A DNA stretch of 64,000 bases. It comes from Phoronis australis (Eukaryota > Animalia > Phoronida). Made by a program: the position numbers and the translations under genes. Positions 12,768 to 25,813 of the stretch are shown here, piece by piece (the stretch's first letter is position 1; every line of letters starts with the position of its first letter). The stretch spans positions 1,278,878 through 1,342,877 of the forward strand of contig NMRA01000042.1 in NCBI GenBank assembly GCA_002633005.1. Direction: 5' to 3'. The notes beneath the pieces were generated by a model that was not told the DNA's origin, searched no databases, and was given only the letters and a program-made list of their open reading frames with translations.

Positions 12768-14381
12768 AAGGTACATAAAGAATCGGCAAAGTTTGTCTTC
12801 GTACCGCGCATTTATTTATATTGAGCTTAGTACCTGCTTCTCTGAAGTGGTTATTATTATGAACATAGTCATCTAGTCGAGTACGAGGTATTTTTAACAT
12901 TTTCGTGGTTGTTTCATCCTCAGATTTTCATCTAATGTATTCAGTTTGTTGAGTGACCGGTAGGTGTCAGGTAAAACTCCCAGTATGCACCTCGATAACG
13001 CCATTTTTGTTTAAAACGGGAGAGGAGACCTTACTTTGTTTTGGTGTATGTTTTCTCACGGAAATACTTGATAGAGAAATCTATGTAAGTTAATTTGGGC
13101 AACGTTTCTCTCCACATATATTTGGGGAAGAAGTAGTGCATTTTGGTTTATGCTATTTTGCATTGAGTTATAATATATGGTATTGACAATAACCTGGCAG
13201 CCAGCTGTATGAAGATTATCGTCAAAATACAGATAGGTGCCACCGTTCCACTGTGTGTTGAGCTCCGTTAGACCCCGGAATTTCACACATCCTGGTTAGT
13301 TTTGCTCATCATCTTGTCGTGAAACCTATATCAACATCTAGAGCTAACGACCGGTGGCGGTGGAGGTGCACTGCATGCAAAACTTGAGAGTGGGAGTCGG
13401 GCAACAGTGACACTCGTCTCATGAGTCATGCATGGTTATACAGGTTATTCCCCATTCATAGGCATCGCACCATAGGGTGCCCCCCCCCCCACTTTTTTCA
13501 GTGCTGAGCCGCCCATGCCATTGCAGTTCAGTAAGTGTAAAACAATGTAATAAGCGTCTTTTTCTTGGACACTGGTAGGGGTATTGCTGTCCCTGATTTT
13601 GAGAACCAGTTTCATCCATTGAATAACGGGTCCATTTCAAGAGGACCGCAAACGCATCTCAATTGGTGGCGCTTTTTTATGACACATATATATATCATCC
13701 TTTCAGAGCATAACTGCATGTTTTTTGAGAAAAACAGTGGAAATAATGCTTAAAGAATTTGAAAGCATCCAGACTCAAGCTCTGCAATTAAATGAAATAC
13801 TAGTAATAATAATAACATATACTTAGCTTCAATTTCATGAAGATTTTCAGTACTATTTGTTCACTCAAATATCAGAGGAATCGAAAAATGGTATTCCTAA
13901 AAGAGAATCATACAGTAAATTGGCACTGGAATCTTGTCACATTATGGTACTTTGCAGTCTAAATTTGGCATCTTATTTCCATGACCACCAGACCAGACAT
14001 ACCAACCCAGCAGCTGCCTTACACCTTAGAATGTGAACTTTTAAAGCTTTGGACATAAAAAGTTTTTCAGCAAGATGTGTCTCCTCTCTACCTAGCATAA
14101 GTCTGACAAGTTTGGGAAATGACAGTTGCTTTTTGACAAGTTCAAGGCATTGTACGAAATCTATAATGATAGCTTTTGTAATGACGTTATTGGTGGGTTA
14201 CCTTTGGACGTTCATTGAAAAGTGATATGCTGTCACTTTTATCAAGACTTGAACTTTTCCTTTAACAACAAGATTGTGATTTGGTGTCTAATTGTGATTA
14301 CATTTCAGTTTTAACTCCTGATTTTTTTCCAGATTTTCTATTTTACAATGTATGAATAAGCATCTTGGCAAGTACTGAATC

Positions 14382-17300
14382 ATGGACCCTGGATACGAGA
14401 AGAGACTACTGCGGCAATGCAATGGACAGGGCTCGCCACTGTGTCTCTCTGTAGGTATTATGGAATTTTACTCGGTCAAAGTTGAAAATAATTAATTGTT
14501 TGTCAATGGAATGTTAGCCTCCATTCCTGCACTTTTTCATGGCACTGCGACTGTTCTAGTCTTCGAATGCATTTTTCTTTTTTTTTTCTGCATGCAACAT
14601 TTCTCTGCTCACAAACCTAAAGTGGTTCTCATATGAAGAATGTCCATTGTAAAGCCTAGGGATGAATTTTGTGATTGAAAGAGTAGTACCCTCTGTGCCT
14701 TGGATTGTAAAGGCTGGACCGTGAAATTTCACCAATTCTGGACAAAGATAAGTGCCAAAGTCACTTTTTTTAATTTTCCAAAGGCTTTTGAACATGCTGT
14801 GAATGCTTGCATTTGTTCATGAAAAATATCTGATGGGAGCTATTGTACAGTACTTGAACAAAGGTGAAATGTCACTTTAAATGGTGCTACTTATGTTTTC
14901 TGAAAGGAAAGAGAATCTAAATTTTCATTTGTCCACCATATTGTGTTCTAAATTAGTAAGCTTTTACTGTATTAAACTTTCCACTTTTTTGACTTCTGAT
15001 TTTTCCCATAAAGGATATTTAGTACCAAATTGTAACATTAAAATGATTTTCCACGTTGATTTTTATCATCTGCAGCTACCACCAGACATTGCTTTGAATG
15101 GCTGTGGGCATTCACAACAGTGTGAGAAGCCTTTCAAAAGGATAAGAGGGCAATTTTGGTACCTTGTCTGAAATTGGTGGGATTTTAGCACAGTATTGCG
15201 AATGTGATGTGACACTACAGTCTATTGTGAATGTGATGTGACACTAGAGTCTATTGCGAATGTGATATAACACTAAAGTCTATTGTGAATGTGATGTAAC
15301 TCTACAGTCTATTGTGAATGTGATGTGACTGCAGTCTATTGGATAAGAACTGTGTGCAAGCTTGTGACAGTTGCCACTTGCCAATCTTGAAATACTTTGC
15401 TAGAAGGCTATTTTCGGAGTAATAATGGCATATAACTCTTTGGAGTTTAGGATTTATAAAAAAATTGGGAGTGTTATGGTCAGTGACTGTTCTGGAGAAA
15501 ATTTAAAAGCCTCGGTCGAAGCAGTTTGTGAATTAACTAAAGAACTCTTCCGTGTTATTTGCTACAGCCTGCTGGAAGCCCCTCCTCCTCTCCGATGAAG
15601 GACAGCTATGGTGACAGGTTCATACCCAGTAGGGCTGGTGCCAGGTGGGCCATCAATTTCAACTCTAAAAAGGTACGCGTGGCTTTACCTCTTTCAACGT
15701 GTCTGCATATTAGTTTTAGGCTGGTGTCTTCTATTGGCAAATAAGTATAATTTTGGAGTAGCAGTTATTTCTGTCTAGATTTATTGGCATTTAAGGGACA
15801 ATAAAACCTACACCTGTCAAAAATGATTTTTATTTAGGGCACTTATAGTTTAGAACTTGTGTCTCATTCTGGTCAATACTCAGACTAGAAGTGATTGTGG
15901 GTTTGATAGGAACTCTTGTTTCTTCAGACCTGGCTCATTCTGTTGCTTATTACAGAAACCTGGCTCATTGAATTTGAAACAAAAAGATAAGAATGCAATG
16001 TTGTTGCTTTGGAAGAGCAAATGTGCCTTTGAAGGAAGTTGACGTTTTTGAAACCAGAATATGATGGATAGTGGCTCTTGAATTTTCTTGTCATTTCCCT
16101 AATTGCAGTTTTATGCGCCCACGCATTTATCTGTGGCAGTTTCAGGTTCTTTTTGTGATCTTGGCAGGTGTGTTCCTATTGCTGACTTGCTATGCACCCA
16201 CTGGACTGGAGGCTATTTTAAGTTCACTAGATTGCTCTCATCAGTGAGAATGTTTAGAACAGTAATCATCACTTGTATCTGCGCTCTATGCAATACACAC
16301 AGTGGGCACATATATCAATGCTCCACATTGCTCTTGTTGTCATTCTTGATGAAACCATAGTTAGTGAGCTAGTGTAATCATCACGGCAACATGCACTTCA
16401 CCATAAAAGATCACGGTTATGTTGCTACAGTATACCCACACTGCACTCAAAATGGCCTAATGGGCACGCATTAGCCATTACTGAAGAGACTTGTTAATTT
16501 TCTTGTATCAGGACCAGAGCCCGTCCCCCAGCCAAACGAGGAAGCCAAGAGAGGCCACTGCTGACAACAACAAAGATGGTCTGGCCTACACATGCCTGCT
16601 GAAGAATGAGCTGCTAGGGGCTGGCATTGAGGACCTCAAGGTAGTGATGGTGATTTTGCACTGATTGCCTCTGGGTGGAAGTCTTGTGCGTAATATGTAG
16701 TTTTGTCCGTAGTGTTCATTGATCGTGCACCTTGGCTTACATGTCATGTTGAAATGATCCTGAATTCTTTTTTTTTTTTGAAATGATACGATCAGGAATT
16801 CCCATGGCAATTTTCAAGACATGGTATCCCTTTCTGTATCTATTTAAGTAATGAATTTTATCATTTTAAATCCTGAAATTCATGTAGCAACTTTAAATAC
16901 AACTTAAAGCATCTTTCTCTCTATTACTAGATGATTGTGAATTCTAACAAGCTGCCCCATAACTTAGTTGTGAGCTTGATAAGAAGTTTGTTATGTGAGT
17001 GTTTTTGAAAATTGGCCAAATTCAGTTGCTTATCAATCCATGGCATTGTTCATGATGATTAGAATACAAGATCACTTAGTATTTGCCAAGTCCAGCAAGT
17101 GTCGGGAGTGGGTGCCTATTAGTCAGAGAATGGTACTTAAGTTCAAGAAAGAGAACCTTCTTGTTCACTGTGTAGGATATTTTGCCCCTTGTTGACATTT
17201 GTCTAATTTATTCATCCTTGTTGACAGGACAATCAGCCGGACGACCGACGTATCTTGGTGCCACGTGAGTCGCCCAACCTGTTCCAATATCGTGTACCTA

Positions 17301-20300
17301 GGCGGAGCCTTGATATGGACGACAGCTCGCCCTACTCCCTATCGCCGGTAGGAACCAAGAGCCAGAAGCTTTTGAGGTCACCCAGGAAGGTCAGTCTGGG
17401 GAAACGAGTCCAATGTACTACTTGGGTACATGGGAAGTGGTTTATATACAGTTGTTCATAGGCAGTGTAATTACAGTAGATTGGTTTGTTTGAGGTGAGT
17501 TATTTAGAAATATACTCCTGGAATTTGCCAGTTGCCAAATGTCGTGTTAAGGTTGTCTCAAACCGTATTCACAAAAATTGGCCGTTTTTACAATATTTCA
17601 CATAATGTGTCTAGCACAATACCTTATCAACATTCTCGTGGATCGTTAAATACAAAATATATATCGTGTAGTAAGAAAAAAGATTTAGCAGGACCACATT
17701 GGAACCGCACAACCGCGTAGAAATTTATGTAATACTTATCCGAGGTCAAACATTACAATACTGTCACTAAAATTGAATCTCCCACTAAGCATAGAGCAGC
17801 TCCATGTGTACCCTCTGCCCTTTCAATCACCAAGTCGCCAGAATATTGAGTCAATGAAGTGTAAATATCATAGAAAGGTGCCGGGAAAATGAAGATGAGA
17901 CATAGTTTTGATCCTCGGGGAGTTGTGTATCTGCATGCATACAGCTGTTGAGAATGAATGCTCCGAGTCGCCGCACACCTCTGTGACTGTGTTCACGAAC
18001 ACAACAAGTTGGGAAAAAAGATGAATCCTCACCCAAATTCATGAATTGGATAGTTAATTTGACATTTATATCAGTCTCCTGGCGTGTGGCATATGTAACA
18101 ATGAACTGTTGACCTACTTTTAAGTAGATCAACTGTTGACCCCCACCTGTCGGACTGGAGACGGTCACAAAATTAATGTTTTTGTGATAATAAAGTTAAT
18201 TACGCACTGCCAATTCAGTTGACATTTCAAGTGACTGTTATTAGCAAACATGGTTAAGGCATGTATAGGTTATGTTGACTGAAGTTTTCACCGAATAATA
18301 CACGGAAGACCTTGAAATTTTCACGTCTCCCAATCTAATCAGCTTTTTTCGTCTCTGCCAAATTGACTTAATCTGAACTTAGGAACATGAGTTCTCGAAA
18401 ACGGCTTGGTGGATTTCACTGAAACTTTCCAAATTTAATATCTATTCATAAATCTCGAAAAATACTGTGATGATTTTTGATATAAAGGCCTAGTTTTTGC
18501 GTATTGTAACAAAGACAAATATGTTTGTTATTTCTTATAAAAAAATACCTTACCTTTTGTGAGTTGATTTGTTATAGAAACCAAACTAAAAGACTAATCG
18601 AAAATTCCTGATGTTTTCGAGGTAACTGGTGATTCAGAAGTTTTTATTCAATTCATTAAAATTGACTGAGGGGTTATTTACCTGTGAATGTATCTTTCTT
18701 TAAAGAATTGAATTTTGATTTAAAATAGGTGTTCATGTAATAATGATGATGGCACATATATACTTTTACTAGTTGACAAAGCGTGGTTATTTTGGTGAAC
18801 ATGTTAGAATGGAGGCCACTAAATAAGGTTTGATATACAAGTTAGAATGGAGGCCGCTAAATAAGGTTTGAGATAACCTTAAGAATTGTGTGACTTTGTC
18901 ATTAAAGCACTCAGTGTTTCATTCAAAACAAAATATAGATTAAAGGAAATTTTATGTGTTCACATATACATGTTAAAGCAAGAACTGTCGAAATTATCAT
19001 AATGTAATCATTGCACCACGTGGACCAGAGGTTGCATGAATCTTCAGAACTTGGTGGTAAGTCTGGTTGTTGCATGATATGATGCATTTGTTACCTATCA
19101 TACAACATCAATGAATGCAGTTGGACTGTGTTGTTTTTAGGCAGTGCGAAAGATTTCCAAGATCCCATTTAAAGTGCTCGATGCTCCAGAGTTGCAAGAT
19201 GACTTCTACCTGAATCTGGTTGACTGGTCATCACTAAACGTGCTCAGTGTGGGTCTAGGCACATGTGTCTACCTGTGGAGTGCTTGCACCAGTCAGGTAA
19301 GGCCCCGCCACGATTGCGGGTGTACCATACCCCCTTATCCACAGGTAAGGCATTGTGTCAACACCCTGGGGTCACCCATGTCCGGCTCATCTCAACTGTG
19401 AGTTTGAATTGCTCTGGCACATGGAAATTTAAAACATTATTTAAGTTGAGGAAATGACTATTTTCCTTATTTCTTACCATAGTCAATTATGACTTGACTA
19501 CTGTACAGTAGTAAATTTTCAAGATAGCTGCGTTGCACAGCGATCAAATCGTTGGTTGATAGGTGTTCTGCACCACCTACAGGTCCATGTAATGCAGATG
19601 CTAGGTTCCAACTTTTCCTGCTACCGTAATCCCAGAAAATTTCCGCTGCTGTGCGATGGGGTGTGCTTATGACTTAAGGAGAAGGCTAACCTCTTGAAAT
19701 ATTCGTGTATGAAGGGCAATCCTGTGCCATACACTTCCCACTTCGAAGAAGAATCTGTGGCTATGAAGTTATTGGCCGCAGCTGATAACGTAGAAGAATT
19801 CTGATCACAGTCCGATGTCAAAAAGCTAAAATAAATTAGTGGACTTAGTGACCAAATCAAACAGTGGGAGGGACTGACAGTCTAATTTATTCCTTTGTTT
19901 TTAAATTAATTCACCATGTAGTAATTGAATTGCTGTCCACTGAATCTGAGTCGGGATCACGTGAAAGTTGCTTTTGCGCTCTTATTACTCTAGAGAGCGC
20001 AAATATGAAAAGTCGGCCATAAGATTGTAATGTTGGGGGTAGTTTGAATGACTGGTGCATCGAGATTTTTGAGGAAATTAGCAATTGTTTTAGGAGAAAT
20101 TTACCCTTGAGGCTATTTATTGCCATTTAACACACAAAAGCAATGCGGTGTTGTCACAAATTTTCAGAACAACAAGAGCAGATAGAATTAGGGTGATGAT
20201 ATGCGTGTGCGCTTTATAGGCATAAGACTTTTAACTCAAAATCTAGTGGCACAACTGTATAAAATTATTTTCTTTTCCCTAGGTGACCCGTCTGTGTGAC

Positions 20301-23079
20301 CTCTCTGGCGATGGTGACTCAGTGACGTCTGTGGCCTGGGCAGAGCGTGGAAACTACGTGGCTGTGGGCACGCACAAGGGATATGTCCAGATCTGGGATA
20401 TAGCTGCTACAAAGAAGGTTGTTGACCTTGATGGTCATTCAGCCAGAGTCGGTTAGTCTCACAACTTGGCCTTTGCTTTGTAATAGTATCTAGAAGTGCC
20501 AGCAACGCTTTATAAATCAAGTTTGAACAAAATGACCTAACCAAGAGTGAACTTACAAATAACCCAGTAATGGGATATGTAATCACTGTGCAAGTCAACT
20601 TTATTTGGCCTAATTCTAGGTGCTCTTGCTTGGAATGCTGATCTACTGTGTTCGGGCAGCCGTGACAGGTTGATCATACAAAGGGACATCAGAACTCCAT
20701 CTGGTAGTCATAAGAAACTCTCTGGACACAGGCAAGAGGTGAGAACACAGGGGGTACTACCAAACTGTGGACTGAGTTGGCCTTGGTTAAAAACTTCTGC
20801 ACAAATGCAAGCACATTTCATTTGGCTGTAGTGCCAGTTTTTGTCTTTGCATTCCGACCTCTACTAATGTCTACACACACACAGGCACACACGCACACGC
20901 ACACACACACACACACAGTGTTCCCTCTTCTCCAACTGTCATAACCGCTTTACCCATTTTGTCATAAGTCTGGTCATGGACTGATGATTGTGAACCAATA
21001 TAGAAAATCTTGATCTGGTGTGATTATATGACGGTAACAAAGCTCTAACAAATAACAATAGCAGATTGTTTTGATTTATTGTATTGTGGGTATAGATGGA
21101 CCAAAAATGCTGTAGCACAGAAAGTTTGTTAAAACCCAAAAAAGGCAGAAATACAGCCATCAATTTAATGTATGGAAAACTAACATACTAAAAATGAGGT
21201 GTCTCCACTTCTGAACAGTCAGCGTTCACAGTTAGTGACCATCTTCGTGAATCTCATCTGAAGGCAGTATGTGCCAGTAGAAAGCTCTGGTTTCAATATT
21301 GAACTGAAACACATGTGTGCACACTTAGCACTTATCTATTCTTTAGGTGTGCGGCCTCAAGTGGTCACCTGATCACCAACACCTGGCCTCTGGTGGTAAT
21401 GACAATAAGCTGCTGGTGTGGAACTCGTCCAGCACATCACCTGTACAGACGTACTCGGAGCACCTTGCAGCGGTCAAGGCAATCGCGTGGTCCCCCCACC
21501 AGCATGGGCTCCTGGCCAGCGGTGGCGGTACCGCTGACCGCTGCATACGCTTTTGGAACACATTGACAGGCCAGCCCCTACAGTACGTGGACACTGGTTC
21601 ACAGGTGTGCAACCTGGCATGGTCGAAGCATGCGAATGAACTGGTATGTCAATCTTGGGTATCACTCATGTTTTGTTGCAAACAGTGTTGCACAAATTTA
21701 AAATGAGAAACAGTAAAGCGTATATGAATATGACACAAATGTGTTGGTAGTGTGTAACTAGGTCATTGAGGAAACCCTTTGACCCTGTCTACTCCTCTTC
21801 CTGTTGTAGGTGAGCACCCATGGCTACTCTCAGAACCAGATCCTGGTGTGGAAGTACCCTTCACTGGTGCAGATAGCAAAGCTGACCGGCCACTCCTACA
21901 GGGTCCTGTACCTGGTGAGTCCAGTCTGTCTGTGCTGACCATACCAGAAGGCTTGCAGATAGCTTATTACAAATGTGCATGACAGACTCTGGTGTTGTTG
22001 GTTAATTTCCACCAAAAAGCAGTCACCACTGTGTGTCAATTTCCCAGGAGCGTGGAAAAACAATTTACTTTGAAATTTCCAATTTTCGGCTCATCTCTTG
22101 TGTTTTGCTTCTAAATGAAGATTAGAATATTTATCATTCCTTTTACATGAGCAGGGCTTCAGCCTGCCGATATTCCAGAGGAAGCGGCCTGTCTGTTTGT
22201 CACTGGGTCGCAATCAGTCAGCAATCTGTTTCGCATATCCAATATGCCCAAATTGTGTCCTTGAAATCCTTATTGGCAGTGGTTACAAATCATTTTTACA
22301 TTCATTGGATTTGATCATACATTTATTTCGAACATCGGCTGAAGATGCATTACGTTTATGGAGGATCTCATTGAGAAGTCTGCATAGATTATTAAATAAC
22401 CAAATATCTACTGTAACAAAACTAAAGATTTTAACTCAGTAAAAGTATGTATTTTCTGAAAGTAGAAAACTCCTAGAATTTGATTTTTCTCTTTAATTAA
22501 AATATTTCTGAGCAAAACAGAAAGGCATGTTGACAGCAAGACATCGTCAATAAACACGATTAAATTTATTTCATTTAAATGTTCAAGATGAGATCTAAAA
22601 AATGCTGTGTTGCAGTTTTCTTAAATATCATTGTGGTTTTGCTTTATGTAATTTTTTTTCATGAAAATAATAACAGTCATATTTTTGATAGCCATTCATG
22701 GAAAAGTGGAACATTTTAAAAACAATTCATGTGTTTTAGAGAACACTGAAAAGCTCAGTATCTGAAAGTTTAATTTCATGTGAATCTGATCTGTCATTTC
22801 TGAGATGCGATGTTCCGAAGTTAGCCAAGTTTGAACATTTGTCTAGGATCCCACATAACCTCAGCATGCAAGCTGTTTTGCAGTGTAGCAGTTTACACTT
22901 GCACCTGACTTACACTTGTCAACATCTTCACTTTGTGGTTCCAGGCCATGTCACCAGATGGCGAGGCGATCGTGACGGGTGCAGGCGATGAGACATTGCG
23001 TTTCTGGAATGTATTCAGCAAGACAAGGTCGACTAAAGAGTCGCAGTCCGTGCTAAACCTGTTCAACCGCATTAGGTGA
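14382..23079 (+). CDS. FZR1: Fizzy-related protein / Cdh1, APC/C co-activator, 481 aa, 10 coding exons
   Basis: Exons 14382-14450, 15568-15672, 16512-16640, 17228-17389, 19141-19296, 20283-20451, 20620-20738, 21347-21643, 21810-21914 and 22945-23079 (1446 nt, phases consistent). Features: N-terminus [13 protein letters not shown]-box [15 protein letters not shown] motif, WD40 propeller ([22 protein letters not shown]; [13 protein letters not shown]) and C-terminal IR tail (LFNRIR*). Confidence 0.97.
15194..15341. repeat. Minisatellite, ~29-bp unit x ~5, in an FZR1 intron
   Basis: Head-to-tail copies of tattg(c/t)gaatgtgatgtgacactacagtc with no unique spacers. Confidence 0.9.
18803..18871. 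repeat. 38-bp local tandem duplication
   Basis: gttagaatggaggcc(a/g)ctaaataaggtttga occurs at 18803 and 18841. Confidence 0.85.
20873..20917. repeat. Imperfect (CA)n microsatellite
   Basis: acacacacacaggcacacacgcacacgcacacacacacacacaca. Confidence 0.9.
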
Positions 23080-24694
23080 AGGTTGCAGTCCAACATGGGA
23101 GATTATGATTTGATAGTGCTGTTGCAATATTTTGGTAGGGAGTGGACGTTTTGTCTTTATAGCTTCAAGCTTGATGTTACTGTTCAATTTTGAAAGTGAC
23201 AAAGGCTTTTCACTAAAACAAAGATAAATCATGCAAAGAAATTGGAGAATTCACATTGTTGACCTAAATCAAGGCAGTTTTTGGGATGTTAACTTATTTT
23301 GTAAACGGTAGTTTTAGTTGGTAAAATGTTCCCCTTTTGGTAAATGCCAAAATCACATTTTAAAGAGAGCTTTAGATGAACTCCTTCATTTTGATAAGCT
23401 GTTTATTTTGACTGCGTTGTCATACGTTGTTATGTTGTTGGAAGTGATGTTGTTTTGATCCGTTGTTATTGTTGTACGATTCAATCTCAAATTGTTCGGC
23501 ATCATTTTGTCAGAAAACCAAGTTTGGCGATCTGTGCAGCCAGGTCAGACTGTCTGTTACTGGGGTACAAGTTTGTCATTTGAAGTGTAGTTACCAAAAT
23601 TTGTTCCCTAGTGGCTGTGTCCAAAAATGTCTATATCAGCCACCGGTGTCTCATGTCAAGTTAGACTCGATTCAGTAGTATCCTAAAAACTCTCCCGATG
23701 GATCCTAAATCCGAGGGCCAGATCTCTAAACCCAACGGCCAGACTCTGCAAACATCATGGTCGGAGATCAGGTAGTCTCCTCGTAGTACTGTGACTCACG
23801 GCTGATAGTGCCTCAATTACATAATGCTGCTGACGTTGATTTGACAAGTTTTGCAGCAGAGAAGTGCTTATATTGGCTGACAGACAGTCAACTGTCATGA
23901 GTGCCAGCTGTGTGTAAAGGTATATCACCTAATGCTACTATTGATCTAATGGAAAGTCATGCAGTCGTGTTGGGTGTCGGAATAACACTCAATCGGCAGG
24001 ATAAGCCGAGCACTGACCGATATGTGAATAAGGTATATAGGCCAGAGAAAGGTTTTCAGCCACTGAATTGGTCCTTCACTTTGCAGTGGCTCTAAGTGTG
24101 TAACTAACGACTATCTATTGCTGTTAGGCTATGCAAAGTTTGTGCTATGAAACGTTTGAGACTGTTTGCAATCATCGCTATGTTTATGAATCAACGGCAT
24201 GTTTTTGGTGATGAGGGATCAAGTCTTTCTTCTGGATTCGTCATTATAGAACTGGCGATGCAAAAAGAAAAAATTCAACAATCAATCAGTACTTTCTTTT
24301 TCTTTAATAATGTAATACTTACAATAAGGGAACCCCGGTCAGTTCACACTGCTTTCCAAGGGGCCCTCAAAATATGGATGTAGCATTGTTCACGATATTA
24401 TAAAAATGTATATTTATTTTGTCACATCAGTGTGATAACGGCACTTATAGCGTACAAGTTTCATTTATGCAAGCCTGTAAAATGTCAAAATGTTTGTACA
24501 CTTGTGAAAATGGCGATAATTGTAAACGGTCCTTTTAGTTGAGGAAAAAGTTTGTGTTTGTGTACAGTCAGTCACTGGGTGTCAGAAGCTGACTTCTACA
24601 GGATAGCGTTGGATGTCGAGAACATAATTTTGTTCTATTTATGTTTTTGTACATACTTATTTAACTTGAATATTGTTGAGGATGGTCTAATATT

Positions 24695-24700
24695 AATAAA
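24695..24700 (+). terminator. Candidate FZR1 polyadenylation signal (would imply a ~1.6-kb 3' UTR)
   Basis: AATAAA after a T-rich 3'-UTR-like tract and before the convergent SF3B5 3' end, whose minus-strand AATAAA is at ~25163-25168. Confidence 0.4.
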
Positions 24701-25555
24701 ATTATCAATTTGACAATTGTTTAATTAAAAAAAGTTGCATCAACAATACCTAGCATAAAAACAATAACCATTAATGGACAGCGTTACAGCAATCACCCCC
24801 CCCTCAAGACTTTCCTAAAATGTTTGTTGTAATTAGTAAGTTTTAACAGCTTGTATTCAGTAGTTGGCTTGGGACTTAGGGAATCGCTCTACACGAGCGA
24901 ACGTCATAAATATCGGTTTGATTTGACTTCAATTGGTGAATGTGAAATGTTAGTGAAAATTGTCAATGGATGACGAAGCAAAGGAAAAAATTACGCTTGC
25001 TGACTTCATGGCAATTTATCAAAAAGCTTGAAACCTTTTTGTTTAACTCAAAATTTGATAGGTAAACTGTGTCACTGAATTCGAAAGTAACCTGTTGTTT
25101 TTAAATTGATACAGCTAAACACAAGAATGCCAAGCCAAAAACTGGCAAAAATGCATGTTACATTTATTTAGGATGCAAAGTATTACAAAACCATGATATT
25201 TTAAACAGTGCAACAGCAATAACAGTCTACAAAATAGTTGTATGAAATATGTGACCATCTACCTAAAGTGGTATCATAGTCAAAACTGAGATGGTGATTA
25301 CAGAATGGATCATTACTCAAAACCTTGCAAATGAACAACAGTGTGACACCAATGTAACAGTACAAAGCAACACCAGTGACTGATGAATGTAGAGTACAGG
25401 CCTTTGTACATACAGGAACATTAAATAAATTCAAATAGAAACTAATTTCCAGTCCCTTCTGGAACTCGGTCTCAAGTTCCCACACATCACCCACTGGTGG
25501 CCACAAGTAGATTTCTCTTGTCACTAAGTCAGCCCAGACTTGCAACACAGACAGG

Positions 25556-25813
25556 CTAGTCTTCCGGCCTTTCTGGAGGAGGTCCGCATGGCTGCAACAT
25601 CTTCTCCATTAAACTAAATCTCACTCTCGCCTTGGATTCGTTCTCGGCTATGCTGAAGTAATTGAGCATATCAAACTGTCCCATGTACGCCGTGTTACTG
25701 TCACGGTGTTGATTGGTCATCCACTCCCATTTGTTGGTGTCCGCATGACCTGTACCGATGTACTTGGACTGGAGGTGTTCCAGCTGTGAGTGAATGTTGT
25801 ACCTGTCACCCAT
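25556..25813 (-). CDS. SF3B5: Splicing factor 3B subunit 5 (SF3b10), 85 aa, single coding exon
   Basis: MGDRYNIHSQLEHLQSKYIGTGHADTNKWEWMTNQHRDS...ENESKARVRFSLMEKMLQPCGPPP is a typical SF3B5 sequence. An acceptor tttcag lies 9 nt upstream of the ATG. A probable non-coding first exon ends at 27037 (donor gtacga). Confidence 0.97.
   Translation of the reverse strand: MGDRYNIHSQLEHLQSKYIGTGHADTNKWEWMTNQHRDSNTAYMGQFDMLNYFSIAENESKARVRFSLMEKMLQPCGPPPERPED

Noticed and set aside
15194-15341. 29-bp repeats resembling a CRISPR array
   Set aside because: The units are contiguous with no unique spacers, lie in a spliceosomal intron of a eukaryotic gene, and have no cas genes nearby. It is a minisatellite.
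14382-23079. Calling the WD40 gene CDC20 (CDC20 is near EBNA1BP2 in human)
   Set aside because: The N-terminus MDxxYExRLLRQ, [18 protein letters not shown] and LNLFxxIR are FZR1/Cdh1-specific.
25201-25548. 115-aa minus-strand ORF downstream of SF3B5
   Set aside because: It has a TTG start, lies in the expected 3' UTR, and shows no recognisable similarity.
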